From Octopus sinensis (Eukaryota): a stretch of 64,000 bases of DNA. The notes under the pieces were generated by a model. It searched no databases. It was not told the origin of the DNA and saw only the letters and a list, made by a program, of their open reading frames with translations. A program made the position numbers and the translations under genes. Positions within the stretch are counted from its first letter, which is position 1; every line of letters begins with the position of its first letter. Location: assembly GCF_006345805.1 (NCBI RefSeq), contig NC_043001.1, positions 13,516,001 to 13,580,000 on the forward strand. Reading direction: 5' to 3'. Positions 13,463-24,480 of this stretch are shown here, one piece after another.

Positions 13463-13660
13463 AGACGTTAGCATACCGGACAAAATTCTTAGCGGTATTT
13501 TGTCTGTTTTCACGTTCTGAATTCAAACGCCATCAAGGTCAACCTTGCTATACATTCCTCTGGAGTCGATAAAATATCAATAAGTTGAACACCGGGGTCG
13601 ATGTAATTGACTTATCCTCCCTCTGAAATTGCTGGCTTTGTGCCAAAATCTGAAATCAAT
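13463..13660 (+). mobile_element. SINE family A, diverged copy with alternative tail
   Basis: GACGTTAGCATACCGG..GTTCTGAATTCAAA..GGAGTCGATAAAA..GGGGTCGATGTAATTGAC. Confidence 0.75.
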
Positions 13661-13796
13661 ACGCCCCTTTAAATCGTGTCATGTAAACAAATACAAAGAT
13701 TAAATTATTATCAATTGAAATTATCTGCAGAAATGAACACAAATTTATCCGTTAAAAGATTTTTCATTCGACATGAAATATATAAAATGAAGAAGC

Positions 13797-14390
13797 TGGC
13801 GAGCTGGCAGAAACGTTAGCACGCTGGGCGGAATGCGTAGCCGTATTTCGTCTGCCGTTACGTTCTGAGCTCAAATTTCGCCGAGGTTGACTTTGCCTTT
13901 CATCCTTGTAGCGCTATTCCGTCTGCCGTTACGTTCTGAGTTCAAATTTCGCCGCGGTCGACTTTGCCTTTCATTCTTTCGGGGTCGATAAATTAAGTAC
14001 CAGTTACGCGCTGGGATCGATGTAATCGACTTAATACCTATGTCTGTCCTTGTTTGTCCCCTCTATGTTTAGCCCCTTGTAGGTAATAAAGAAATAGGCA
14101 TTTCGTCTGCCGTTACGTTCTGAGTTCAAATTCCGCCGAGGTCGACTTTGCCTTTCATCCTTTCGGGGGTCCATAAATCAAGTACCAGTTACGAACTGGG
14201 GTCGATATAATCGACTTATTCCTTTAGTCTGTCTTTGTTTGTCCTCTCTGTGTTTAGCCCCTTGTTAGTAGTAAAGAAATAGGTATTTCATCAGCCGGTA
14301 TTTCGTTCAGAGTTCAAATTCCGCCGAAGTCGACTTTGCCTTTCATCATTTCGGGATCGATAAGTATAAGTTGCGTACTGGAGTCGATGC
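13797..14390 (+). mobile_element. SINE family A tandem array
   Basis: Head GAGCTGGCAGAAACGTTAGC, then partial, full, full and truncated units. Confidence 0.9.
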
Positions 14391-14584
14391 TGGTTGATGG
14401 TATCAGTGTTGGTCGTGGTGGTGTTGCGATTGCGATGGTGATTATGAATGCGATAGTGGCAAAATGATAAGCTGTATGAACACGGTGCCGCCATCATCGA
14501 TTCCAAGCACGTCGGACAAAATTCATATCACCATTCCTTACATCCCATAGCTTTCATTTTTTTTGTGGCATAAAGTATCTATTT

Positions 14585-14815
14585 GTTTATTGCCCACAGG
14601 GGTCTAAACATAGAGGAGGAAAACAAGGACTTGTTTGACAAAGAGCTTATGTCGATTACATCGACTCATTACATAACTGGTACTTATTCAATCGACCCCC
14701 AGACGATGAAAGACAAAATCGACCTTGGCAGAATTTGAACTCAGAACAAAATTCCGGCTGACAAAATACCGCTTTGCGTTTTGCCCGGCATGCTAACGAT
14801 TCTGCCAGCTCACCA
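14585..14815 (-). mobile_element. SINE family A monomer
   Basis: Reverse complement of head, body and tail. Confidence 0.85.
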
Positions 14816-15269
14816 CCCTAGGGACATAAAATAACCATTCATCCCTGTAGAATTTTGCATTAAAATGTTTGTTATGATTACTAGCCTACCCAGTACCGTC
14901 AAAAGTGACTGCTAATTGAAGTATTTTATATCAATAAAGTACAAAATAAGGGACATAATAATCACAGATACAAACATTCACGTAATTCCCTAGTACACGC
15001 ACACATACACAAAACAAGCATTCACATACCTCCCTTTTACATACACACACATATACTCACACAGAGTTGAAACGCTGATTTTCTTTCACCCCATCCTTCC
15101 TTATTCATCTATCACTACTTCCTTTCTTCATTGCTATTACTTTCTCCCATTCTCTAACAGTCAGGGATATTACTCTCACTACACCTCCTTCACTGAATTA
15201 CTATTTTCTATCCTCTGCCTTCACTTATACTAATTTCTCCTATTCCGTCCTACTCTTACTCTGTGATTT

Positions 15270-15656
<387 letters not shown>

Positions 15657-16164
15657 TAAAAACACTACGCTCATTATTATATTAGGATATGAATAATGTT
15701 TCTAGAAGTCTTGAACAGTTTTCGATATTCTCTACACTTTAAAGTTTACATTCGAATATTTTTGTTGATTCAGCATTTCTTCATATCGTCTGTTACAGCA
15801 CTTCAAGTCAATATTCCTGCATAAATAAGAATAAAACTGTAAGAGCTGTTAGGTGTGCATCACAAAATACTCCAATATATCAAAACAGAGTTTATTGTCG
15901 ACATGAATGTTACATAAGTAAAAAGAAAAGAACTGCATTATTGATTTTGTTTAGTTAAACACGTAAAAACGAAAATGGAGGACAATTGTATTTTGTATTT
16001 CGTTTCCATTAGTAAATATTTTTTAAAATCTGTTAGATTTATTTTTTAACCTGCATTTTTTGCTTAAACATTCAGTAAAATTTCAAAGTATGATCTTGGT
16101 AAATAAAGTAATGATATAACTGTTATTGAAAGAGTGAACGCAACTAACTTAAATATATATTGAG

Positions 16165-16440
16165 CAGGAGCAGGAGTGGCTGTTTGGTAAGTAGCTTGCT
16201 TACCAAACCAGGAGGTTCGGGGTTCAGTCCCACTGCGTGGCATCTTGGGCAAGTGTCTTCTACTCTAGCCTCGGGCCGACCATAGCCTTGTGAATGGATT
16301 TGGTAGACGGAAAATGAAAGAATGTATATGTATACATATATATATATGTGTGTATGTGTGTGGTGTGTGTGTGTGTGTGAGTGTGTGTGTGTGTATGTAT
16401 GTATGTGTGTGTATATGTATGTGTGTCTGTGTTTGTCTAC
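16165..16440 (+). mobile_element. SINE family B, 5' half plus microsatellite
   Basis: GCAGGAGTGGCTGTTTGGTAAGTAGC..GGGTTCAGTCCCACTGCGTGG. Confidence 0.88.
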
Positions 16441-17159
16441 CAGCGATGTATATATAGGATAACAGTACCAGTACAAACGCTGGGGTCGCGATGAGCCAGT
16501 GAACTTGTTTTAAAATATATATTAGCAACAGAGGCTGCATTAATACCGAGAAGTAATATTTATCTCCCCTTTATTGCGGAACACACTTTCGTGCGGTAGA
16601 TGGCGTTAGAGTGTACTCGCGTTTAACTGAGTATAACTATAATCTCTCGACTAGAATTGACCGTGGGAAATTCTGGTCATCGAAAAAATTTACTTATTGG
16701 TCTATTCCAAAGAAAATTCCATTCATGTTATGGGAATATTCAAAAATCCCTTGGCTGAGTGTAAGTTCTTAGGGCACATGCACTTGGGGACCCACTCTTC
16801 TGCAAATGTTACGGTGACATAGACACGTCAACACCGGTTGTCAAGCGGATATGGGTTGGGATAAACACAAACACACATATATAGATATGTGCATACATAT
16901 ATGTGTGAATGTGTGTGTGTAAGTTTGTGTGTGTACAACGGGCTTCTTTCAGCTTCTCTCGTACAACACGTGTAAACACGCTCGCAAAACTACACATCAA
17001 ATCCAGATCAGCCCGTCTCCGTCCCTAACCCTCATACACAAAGGTATGACAAATGAATTAAATAATACCTGTATTATTCAACGCAAATGTAACAAACTGG
17101 AAACGCGTACTTTACACTTACTAGGAATAAGACCGAACCTGACACAAACGAAAACAATG

Positions 17160-17365
17160 AGGAGGGGGGAGAAGAAAAAGGAGGAGGAGGAGGAGGAGGA
17201 GGAGAAGAAGAATAATGACGAGGAGAAGGAGGAGGAGAAGAATGACGACGAGGAGGAGGAGGTCGATTAGGAGGGGGACGAGAAGGAAGGTAAGAATAAC
17301 AACAATAATAATATTAATAATTATTATTATTATTATTATAATAATAATTATTATTATTATTTTAT

Positions 17366-17396
<31 letters not shown>

Positions 17397-17431
17397 ATTT
17401 TTATTATTATTATTATTATTATTACTATTAC

Positions 17432-17462
<31 letters not shown>
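17160..17462. repeat. (GAG)n followed by (TAT/AAT)n microsatellite
   Basis: Seen directly. Confidence 0.95.
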
Positions 17463-17799
17463 GAGTGAGAGAGCAGTTCATGCCATCAAAGTGACACTGG
17501 GGTAAATTATACGAAGCCCAATATACCCATCATGACTACCCGTCTGATAAAGGTACACCAGGCACATGCATCACAACCATATGTGCGTGACATGGTGATC
17601 TCATATCAAGATAAACAGCACATGACCTTGCAGGTGGGGCCCAATTAGAATTTTCTTCAGGTTGAGTAGCCCATCCCGCTCAAACGGTCCCTGAATAAGG
17701 GTTGTTTAAGGATGTTGAAAGAACCACCCATGTTTCCAGAGGTGAACTATTCAAACCCCAAAGAATCCCTCTCAACACATGGCTATGATGCTCCCCCAC

Positions 17800-17800
<1 letters not shown>
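17463..17800 (-). mobile_element. Non-coding repeat family E embedded in (TAA)n (second copy 61103-61532)
   Basis: About 340 bp closely similar to 61103-61440; both copies have TAA tracts on both sides. Strand assigned from the (AAT)n tail. Confidence 0.8.
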
Positions 17801-17857
<57 letters not shown>

Positions 17858-18782
17858 TTGTAGGTTTGAGATAGTTTAGTGATTCTTTCTGAATTTTGAA
17901 ATTTTCAATTTATTTTGCAGAATTAGGAGCCATTACTTGATGATATAATATGCAGTGTTTACAGGAGACACAATGTTATATTATTTATTTCACATTTGCC
18001 TCAATTAAAAAAACCTCTAACATTTTGCTTCAACAACATTTATAATGGCGTCAATTCACAGAGACAAAGAATCCTGAAGCGTATCTGGCAAATATAAGCT
18101 GCTTTTGCAATAATTCAATCATATTTTAAACATGAGAAATTTCGTTTACTTTTATAAACGAATTAGTTTTAGGAATTTTGGAAAACTTTTCAGGCGACAA
18201 CAACAACAGTGTCATCATCATAGCAGGAGCAACAACATCAGTATACTTACTACAATGATAAAATCGCATAAACAACTATTACCATATCCAAACAAATAAA
18301 AATTCCATCGTCTATATCTGTACATGGATTTCGTTTTGCGCGTGATTAGTTCAGATTTGGAACAATTAATATGAATAACAGTAGAAATGTCTTTGTGAAT
18401 GAACCATAATATTTTGCCAAGAGGTAGCTCTAAAGTCTGAGCACGGATAAAGGTGATCTATATCTCATTTTTAAAAAGTTTGGTTTTCAGTTTCTACATC
18501 ACCTGTAGTAAAATAATGAACAGAAGTGCTAGAGGCTATCTTCACCTGTAACCCTCATGTATAAATGGAGTAAGCTTACATTAACATTTACCTCAACAAC
18601 ACCGAGAAGAAATTTTGTTAACACTTAGAATTTTGCGCAAAACAAACTTCAACTTCTATTCCTGTAAAATCTTTTCTATTCTAGGCACAAGACCCGAAAT
18701 TTTGAGGGAGGGGACCAGTCGATTAGATCGACTCCAGTACGCACCTGGTACTTAATTTATCGACCCCGGTTTACTCAGATAC

Positions 18783-19150
18783 AATTTTGGGGAAAAATTT
18801 CGAAAAATTTTTGCGGGAAATTTTCGGTGAAAATTTTCGAAAAATTTTTGGGTAAAATTTTCGGCAAAAATATTCGAAAAATTGTTGGTGAAAATTTTTT
18901 GGTAAAATTTTCGAAAAATTTTTGGGTAAAATTTTACTGAAAAATTTTGGTAAAATTTTCGGTGAAAATTTTCGAAAAATTTCTGGGAAAAATTTGCGGT
19001 GAAAATTTTCGAAAAATTTTGGGGGAAAATTTACCCAAAAATTTTTCCAAAATTTCCCCCAAAAATTTTTCGAAATTTTTCCCCAAAATATTTTCGAAAA
19101 TTTTCACCCAAAATTTTACCCAAAGATTTTTCGAAAATTTTACCCAAAAT
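18783..19150. repeat. ~12-bp AAAATTTT minisatellite with an internal orientation flip
   Basis: Units such as GGTGAAAATTTT and CGAAAAATTTTT; G-rich linkers left of ~19040, C-rich linkers to the right. Confidence 0.9.
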
Positions 19151-19233
19151 TACGAATGTTTATGCGGTGTATTTTCATCATTGTAGTATTCCTGAACCTA
19201 TGTCTGATTTCTAATTCTATGGTTTGTGTTTAG

Positions 19234-19356
19234 CGTTGGAAGGAAGACAAAAATAATCCACAGAGGGAGATTTTACGTGCCAAAACGTTCATGGAGGATG
19301 CGAATTCATTATTTCCGCCATTAATTAATTTGGTCAAATGTTGTTACACACTAAAG
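19234..19356 (+). CDS. Candidate internal exon, unknown protein (RWKEDKNNPQREILRAKTFMEDANSLFPPLINLVKCCYTLK)
   Basis: TTTGTGTTTAG acceptor, 123-nt open frame, AAG|GTGTGA donor, phase 0/0; no homologue recognised. Confidence 0.25.
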
Positions 19357-19546
19357 GTGTGAAGGAGATGTGCTGATATAAGAAACATAATTCATTGATT
19401 AAAATTATGTCATAATTTTACAACTAAATTATATTATTGATAGTGGAACCGAAGAATATGAAACGGCAGGAATTTTCCTCACAATGCCGAAGGTGTTAAA
19501 CATAAAGAAGCGATATGAATCCAATTCTTTACTCTATATCCTTTCT

Positions 19547-19859
19547 CTCCGCCGGTTACGACGACGAGGGTCCCAGCTGATACGATCAACGGAACAGCTT
19601 GCTCGTGAAATTAACGTGCAAATGGCTGAGCATTCCACAGACACGTGTACCCTTACGTAGTTCTCGGGGATAATCAGCGTGACACAGACAGTGACAAGGC
19701 TGACCCTTTGAAATACAAGTCAACTCATTGTCCAGCTGAGTGGACTGAGCAACGTGAAATAAAGTGTCTTGCTCAAGGACACAACGCGTCGCCGGGAATC
19801 GAACTCACAACCTTACGATCATGAGCCGAATGCCTAACCACTAAGCCACGCGCCCTCAC
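19547..19859 (-). mobile_element. tRNA-derived SINE family D (second copy 51353-51673)
   Basis: Minus-strand head GGCGCGTGGCTTAGTGG..GAGTTCGATTCCCGG, GTGTCCTTGAGCAAGACAC core; tail shared with family C. Confidence 0.88.
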
Positions 19860-20252
19860 TACTCTATATAACGACTGAACCTTTTGCTGACCTATATTAT
19901 GAAAGGCAAACGAGTTGCTATTTTATAACTGATCAGGTTACATGGCCACATTGCGTGAGACGATCAAATGACTCGCTTAAATATTCAAACTGTAATATAT
20001 CAGATATTATTCATCTTTATATTCGACGTGCTTGAATAAATAATTCTTCTCGCAATAATTCGTAAGACATACATAAAAACATACATTTAGACGAACTGTT
20101 AAGTTAGTTTTAAAGCATATCTACAGAATAAAGCAGTATTAAACAGAGATTAAAGCATTAGTTTCTGCAACTCGATCTCATCTTATTTCTTATTCATATA
20201 AATCAAATTTTAAAAATATTTGCGTATTTTAAACTGGAAAGTATTGGTTATA

Positions 20253-20386
20253 CTCTGTTGTGTCTGGGGAGAGACATTTTCTTTTTGTGCCTTATAATTT
20301 AACACACTCATAAGTGGAATTTTTACCGGTGAATGTGTTAAATTATAAGGCACAAAAAAAAATTACTCGCATCAGACACAACAGAA
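20253..20386. mobile_element. Small hairpin MITE with TA flanks
   Basis: Arms TCTGTTGTGTCTG..TTTTTGTGCCTTATAATTTAACACA and their reverse complement; TA on both sides. Confidence 0.7.
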
Positions 20387-21659
20387 TATGCTTCAACACA
20401 CGAACTCATATAAAGAATCTTGCAAACCAAATCCAAAAACGAAATATTGATTGTACGTTTTTCCATATTTGTTTATCTTAAAACACAATCCATTCAGTCT
20501 GAAGTAAGAATGGCGGTTTAAAATGGCGGTAGACTGCACATGTAATACAAGACAGATGGACGTCTGAAACTTTTTCATGGATTAGATAATTTTCCTTGTT
20601 TTTAATTTTCAGAGGATAATGTAAGAAAATGTCTGCAACAAAAATTATATGGAGATATTTTAATAGAGTTCACAAGAGTTTAGAACAATGACATACGTTA
20701 GCCATGTTGTGCAATAATGTAAAGTGACTGTAAACAGGTCACGTTTACTAACATATACATCTGCAGACGCATACACGTGTCTATATATATATGTGTGTGT
20801 GTCTGTGTGTTTGTGTGTATGTATGTAGATGTGTCTGAAGATGATGATGACGGCGCCAACGACAATGAAGAACAGCGATGTTCTTGATGGTGTCGTCGAA
20901 GGCAAAGAGATTTGAAATGAAGGTAAGCAGATGATATTGATTGCGATGGTAAGGGGTCTGCAGGAACTGCAGCCGGACCAAAACAGTTAATTATATCTAT
21001 TGTGAAATACGGATACATTATTTAATAGCTTTCTGTCGCAATTGTTTTCTGTACCATTTCCCTGTCTACGGATGTCTGTGATTGCATTCATTTTGTTGAG
21101 TAATTCTTTCAGATTTTATAGAATTATACAACTTTAGAATCAATACTGTGAATATGTATGAAGTGGACATTATGACCTGGGCAGGAACATAAGGTAGCAG
21201 CATAATGGTTTGATTATATAAGTCGCGAAACTTTGGATAAACGTATATTGGTTCTTGGAATGTCGCCAACACTGTTGTGATATAGTTTGAGTATGATGAA
21301 AAGAAGCCGTCTGATTTTAAATTTGAGAATTGTTTAAATTTAAGGAATTTGTCGCTGCATTGGACAGCTAAATTTAATAACAGGGCTTGTGGTAGTAACC
21401 CCGATAACTTATATCGGCTATTTCGAGTATATCCAAGAGTTCGATGTGACAGTTCGGTTTCTATACTAAAATATTTCCATACTAAAATATTTCGTCAGTT
21501 ATATTACCGATCATAAAGTAATTTAAATCACTCCTTATCCTTTTATTAATAACTGTGTACATAAATTTCCGGAATATATTTATTTGATACGTTCATACTT
21601 CATTCGATTATCGTGAATTCCTTTCTGATAGTTAGTACAGGGCGCACACACACATCTAG

Positions 21660-21663
21660 GAGC

Positions 21664-21737
<74 letters not shown>

Positions 21738-21885
21738 TGTGTGTGTGTAAATACATACATACATACATATATATATATAATATATATATATATATAATAT
21801 ATATATATATATATGTGTGTGTGTGTAAATATATATATATATAAGTATATATATATGTATGTATATATATATATATATATATTGG
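21660..21885. repeat. (TA)n/(TG)n compound microsatellite
   Basis: Seen directly. Confidence 0.95.
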
Positions 21886-22039
21886 TTCATCTCATAAATA
21901 ATGCATTTTTTCAATTCCATGAACTAAAAGTCGGAGGGGGACAGAATAAACTACCCTCATTAACTTGCTATAAATGTAGGCAGTAAGTTTACCTTAGGCT
22001 TATTCTTAGTGTAAGTTATGAAGAGTGCAGTTCGATTTC

Positions 22040-22510
22040 AACTGTCGTTGATTTGATTTGTTTTTTATTTTTCAAAGCTATAATCGAAGTGACGCAACGA
22101 CGCAATAGAAAGTGCAAAAAATATTAATGCAGTATATAGGAATAGAACAATACGTGTAAGCAAGTGTCAACAGTGGTTCCAGAAATTTCGAGCAAGAACC
22201 TAGAGCCAAGAAGACGAACCTCGTACTGGAAGATCTGTAAAGCTCCACGAGGACGTCCTCCTGCTAAACATAGTGTACAAAATCCCATCGTAACCGTTGA
22301 GGAACTCGGAGGGAAGCTGGGATTTGGTCATTCAAACATTCATCGACAAAAAATGTGACATCGGAAAAGTCAACAAATTAAGACAATGGTCTCCTCACAA
22401 ACTTTCCGAGTCTAATCGCGCAGAGATGGTGAATGTGTGCTCTTCTTTGCTGTCACGTCTCACGAATTAACATTTTTGGACCGAATACTGACTGGTGGCG
22501 AGAAAAGTGT
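22040..22510 (+). mobile_element. mariner transposase N-terminal remnant (mellifera/cecropia-like)
   Basis: Peptides KCQQWFQKFR..EDEPRTGRS..NPIVTVEEL...LGFGHSNI..QWSPHKLSE..FLDRILTGGEK correspond to the HTH, WVPHEL and first catalytic-D regions, all degenerate. Confidence 0.8.
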
Positions 22511-23562
22511 TAAAATAAGCATGCATCGGTGTCACCTTTCTCGATAATGATTTTTTACGTTCATCAGAAACTTGCTTATAGTAATTTTTGTTGTTTGTTT
22601 TCCTCTCTTCAATAGAGAAAGTAGTCATGTTCTACCGTGATTCAATACGTGAAAGTATTTGAAGAAGAGATGCATTTGCTAATGAAATATCAACAAATTA
22701 TTACAAATTTATAAATCATGAAAAAAAAATCATGACTAAAAATAATTAGCCATCTTAAACGTAATTTTGAAATCTTGATTGTTTAAATTCTAAACGTCAT
22801 TAATAAAACTAACATTATATTCGCATTTGCTTTATTTAGAAATAATTATAAGAAGTGCTAAAATATTATTCTTACATGTTTAACAATAAATTAATTAAAT
22901 TCTTCTGTGGGTTGGCAATAAAGCCATTTCAGTGAATTTTCGTCATTTCTAATAAATATATATTGGTTTAATTGGTTTCCAAATAATATTTTGGAAAATT
23001 ACCGAGGGGAATATATACAAAATATATTACTTGAGGATAAATAATACCGAAAGAATACAATTTTAAAATGCCCGAATATACTTCGTGAATTTTCTCTCAA
23101 ATTATAATTAATGGGGAACAGTGTATACATAATTACCTATAAAATATTACGCTATATTTAAGAAAAATTCTGTTTATTCAAAATTTATTGCATATGTCAG
23201 TGAGTACGTCACCGCTTAATTTAATTTTCCATGTGCATGTGAGGGCATCCAGAAATATTTTGTGTTACACATACATACATACGTTCATACGTACATACAT
23301 ACAATATATACACGCACACACATACACTTATACGTATATATACATATATATATATATATACACACACACGCAGTCAGACACTCTAACAACAGAATGGAGA
23401 AATAAATTTGTCTTAATTTTTCAATTCACGAAGATATATTTTATAAAGGAAAAACTATATCTCTTTTGGTTTTGGATATTACTTGACGTTTTATGGATAA
23501 TCTATGGACAGAGTTTCTAATACAAATATTGAAACAAGACATTATTAAATTGCCAATAATTG

Positions 23563-23960
23563 CGCTGAGCTGGCAGAATTAATTATCGCTGGACGATACA
23601 ATTAGCGCTATTTCGTCTGTATTTACGTTCTGTGTTCAAATTCCGCCGTAGTCGACTTTCCCTTTCATCCTTTCGGGGTTGATAAAGCAATAAAGTACCA
23701 GTTTCGTACTGGGGTCGATCTAATCGACTGTGCCCCATCCCCAAAACTTTCGGGCCTTCTGCCTAAAGCACAAATGAATACTTAGCGCTATTTCACCCGT
23801 CACTTCCTTCTGAGTTTAATTTCCGCTGAGGAGGTCGACATTGGCTTTTCATACTTTTGGGGTCGATAAAGTAAGTACCAGTTGAACACTGCGGTCAATA
23901 TAATCGACTCCCCACCCTCTTCCCCAAAATTACTGCCCTTGTGACAAAATTTGAAACCAT
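23563..23960 (+). mobile_element. Two adjacent SINE family A copies (alternative tail)
   Basis: GCTGAGCTGGCAGAA head; two bodies each ending ..CAAAA(C/T)T..GCC..TG. Confidence 0.8.
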
Positions 23961-24480
23961 TATTAATTCACCAATAAAGTATTACTCCAACTAACTGCGG
24001 AGAATTCTTTACGCACAGATGTGTATACGTGTCTACGCGGGTGTGCATACGTTTGAGGTTGTGTTTGTATATCTTTGTGTTATGGGTGCTTGTGTATTTT
24101 ACTGTAATACTGTCTGGGGAGATATATTATTCACTTAAGCGAATCCCAGTATATTTAAATATTTGAAAGTTCTACTGATATACGGTGCAACGAAAGGTTG
24201 ACTTATAAGATGAACCACGTCATGTTATTTTAAGCACATATATTTTCAATATGGCAAAAGCACATAAATAAAGTATTTATTTTGTTAAATCATTAAATCA
24301 AATCTAGGCTGGTTTTCTAAATATGATTTAGGTTCTTTGATTTCCGCTGTTTTGAATGATATAGATATATTTTTCACTGGGATTTTCAATCTTTTTTGTA
24401 ACACATTAAAGAGAATAGTTAATATCATGTCATCACTGAAAACAATATATTTGTATTTGATGAATAGTACAACAATTTAT

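Noticed and set aside
19790-19859. tRNA-like sequences (also 41215, 56865 and the family A/B heads)
   Set aside because: A and B boxes are present, but the cloverleaf pairing is poor and each is fused to a SINE body.
20829-20922. Possible exon ending in AAG|GTAAGC
   Set aside because: All three frames contain a stop, and the sequence is a degenerate GAT repeat.
21066-21300. Hydrophobic minus-strand ORF (GPCR TM-like) and a plus-strand YEV..T.AGT (PLAT-like) stretch
   Set aside because: The similarities are vague, the plus frame has several stops, and neither has supporting neighbouring exons.
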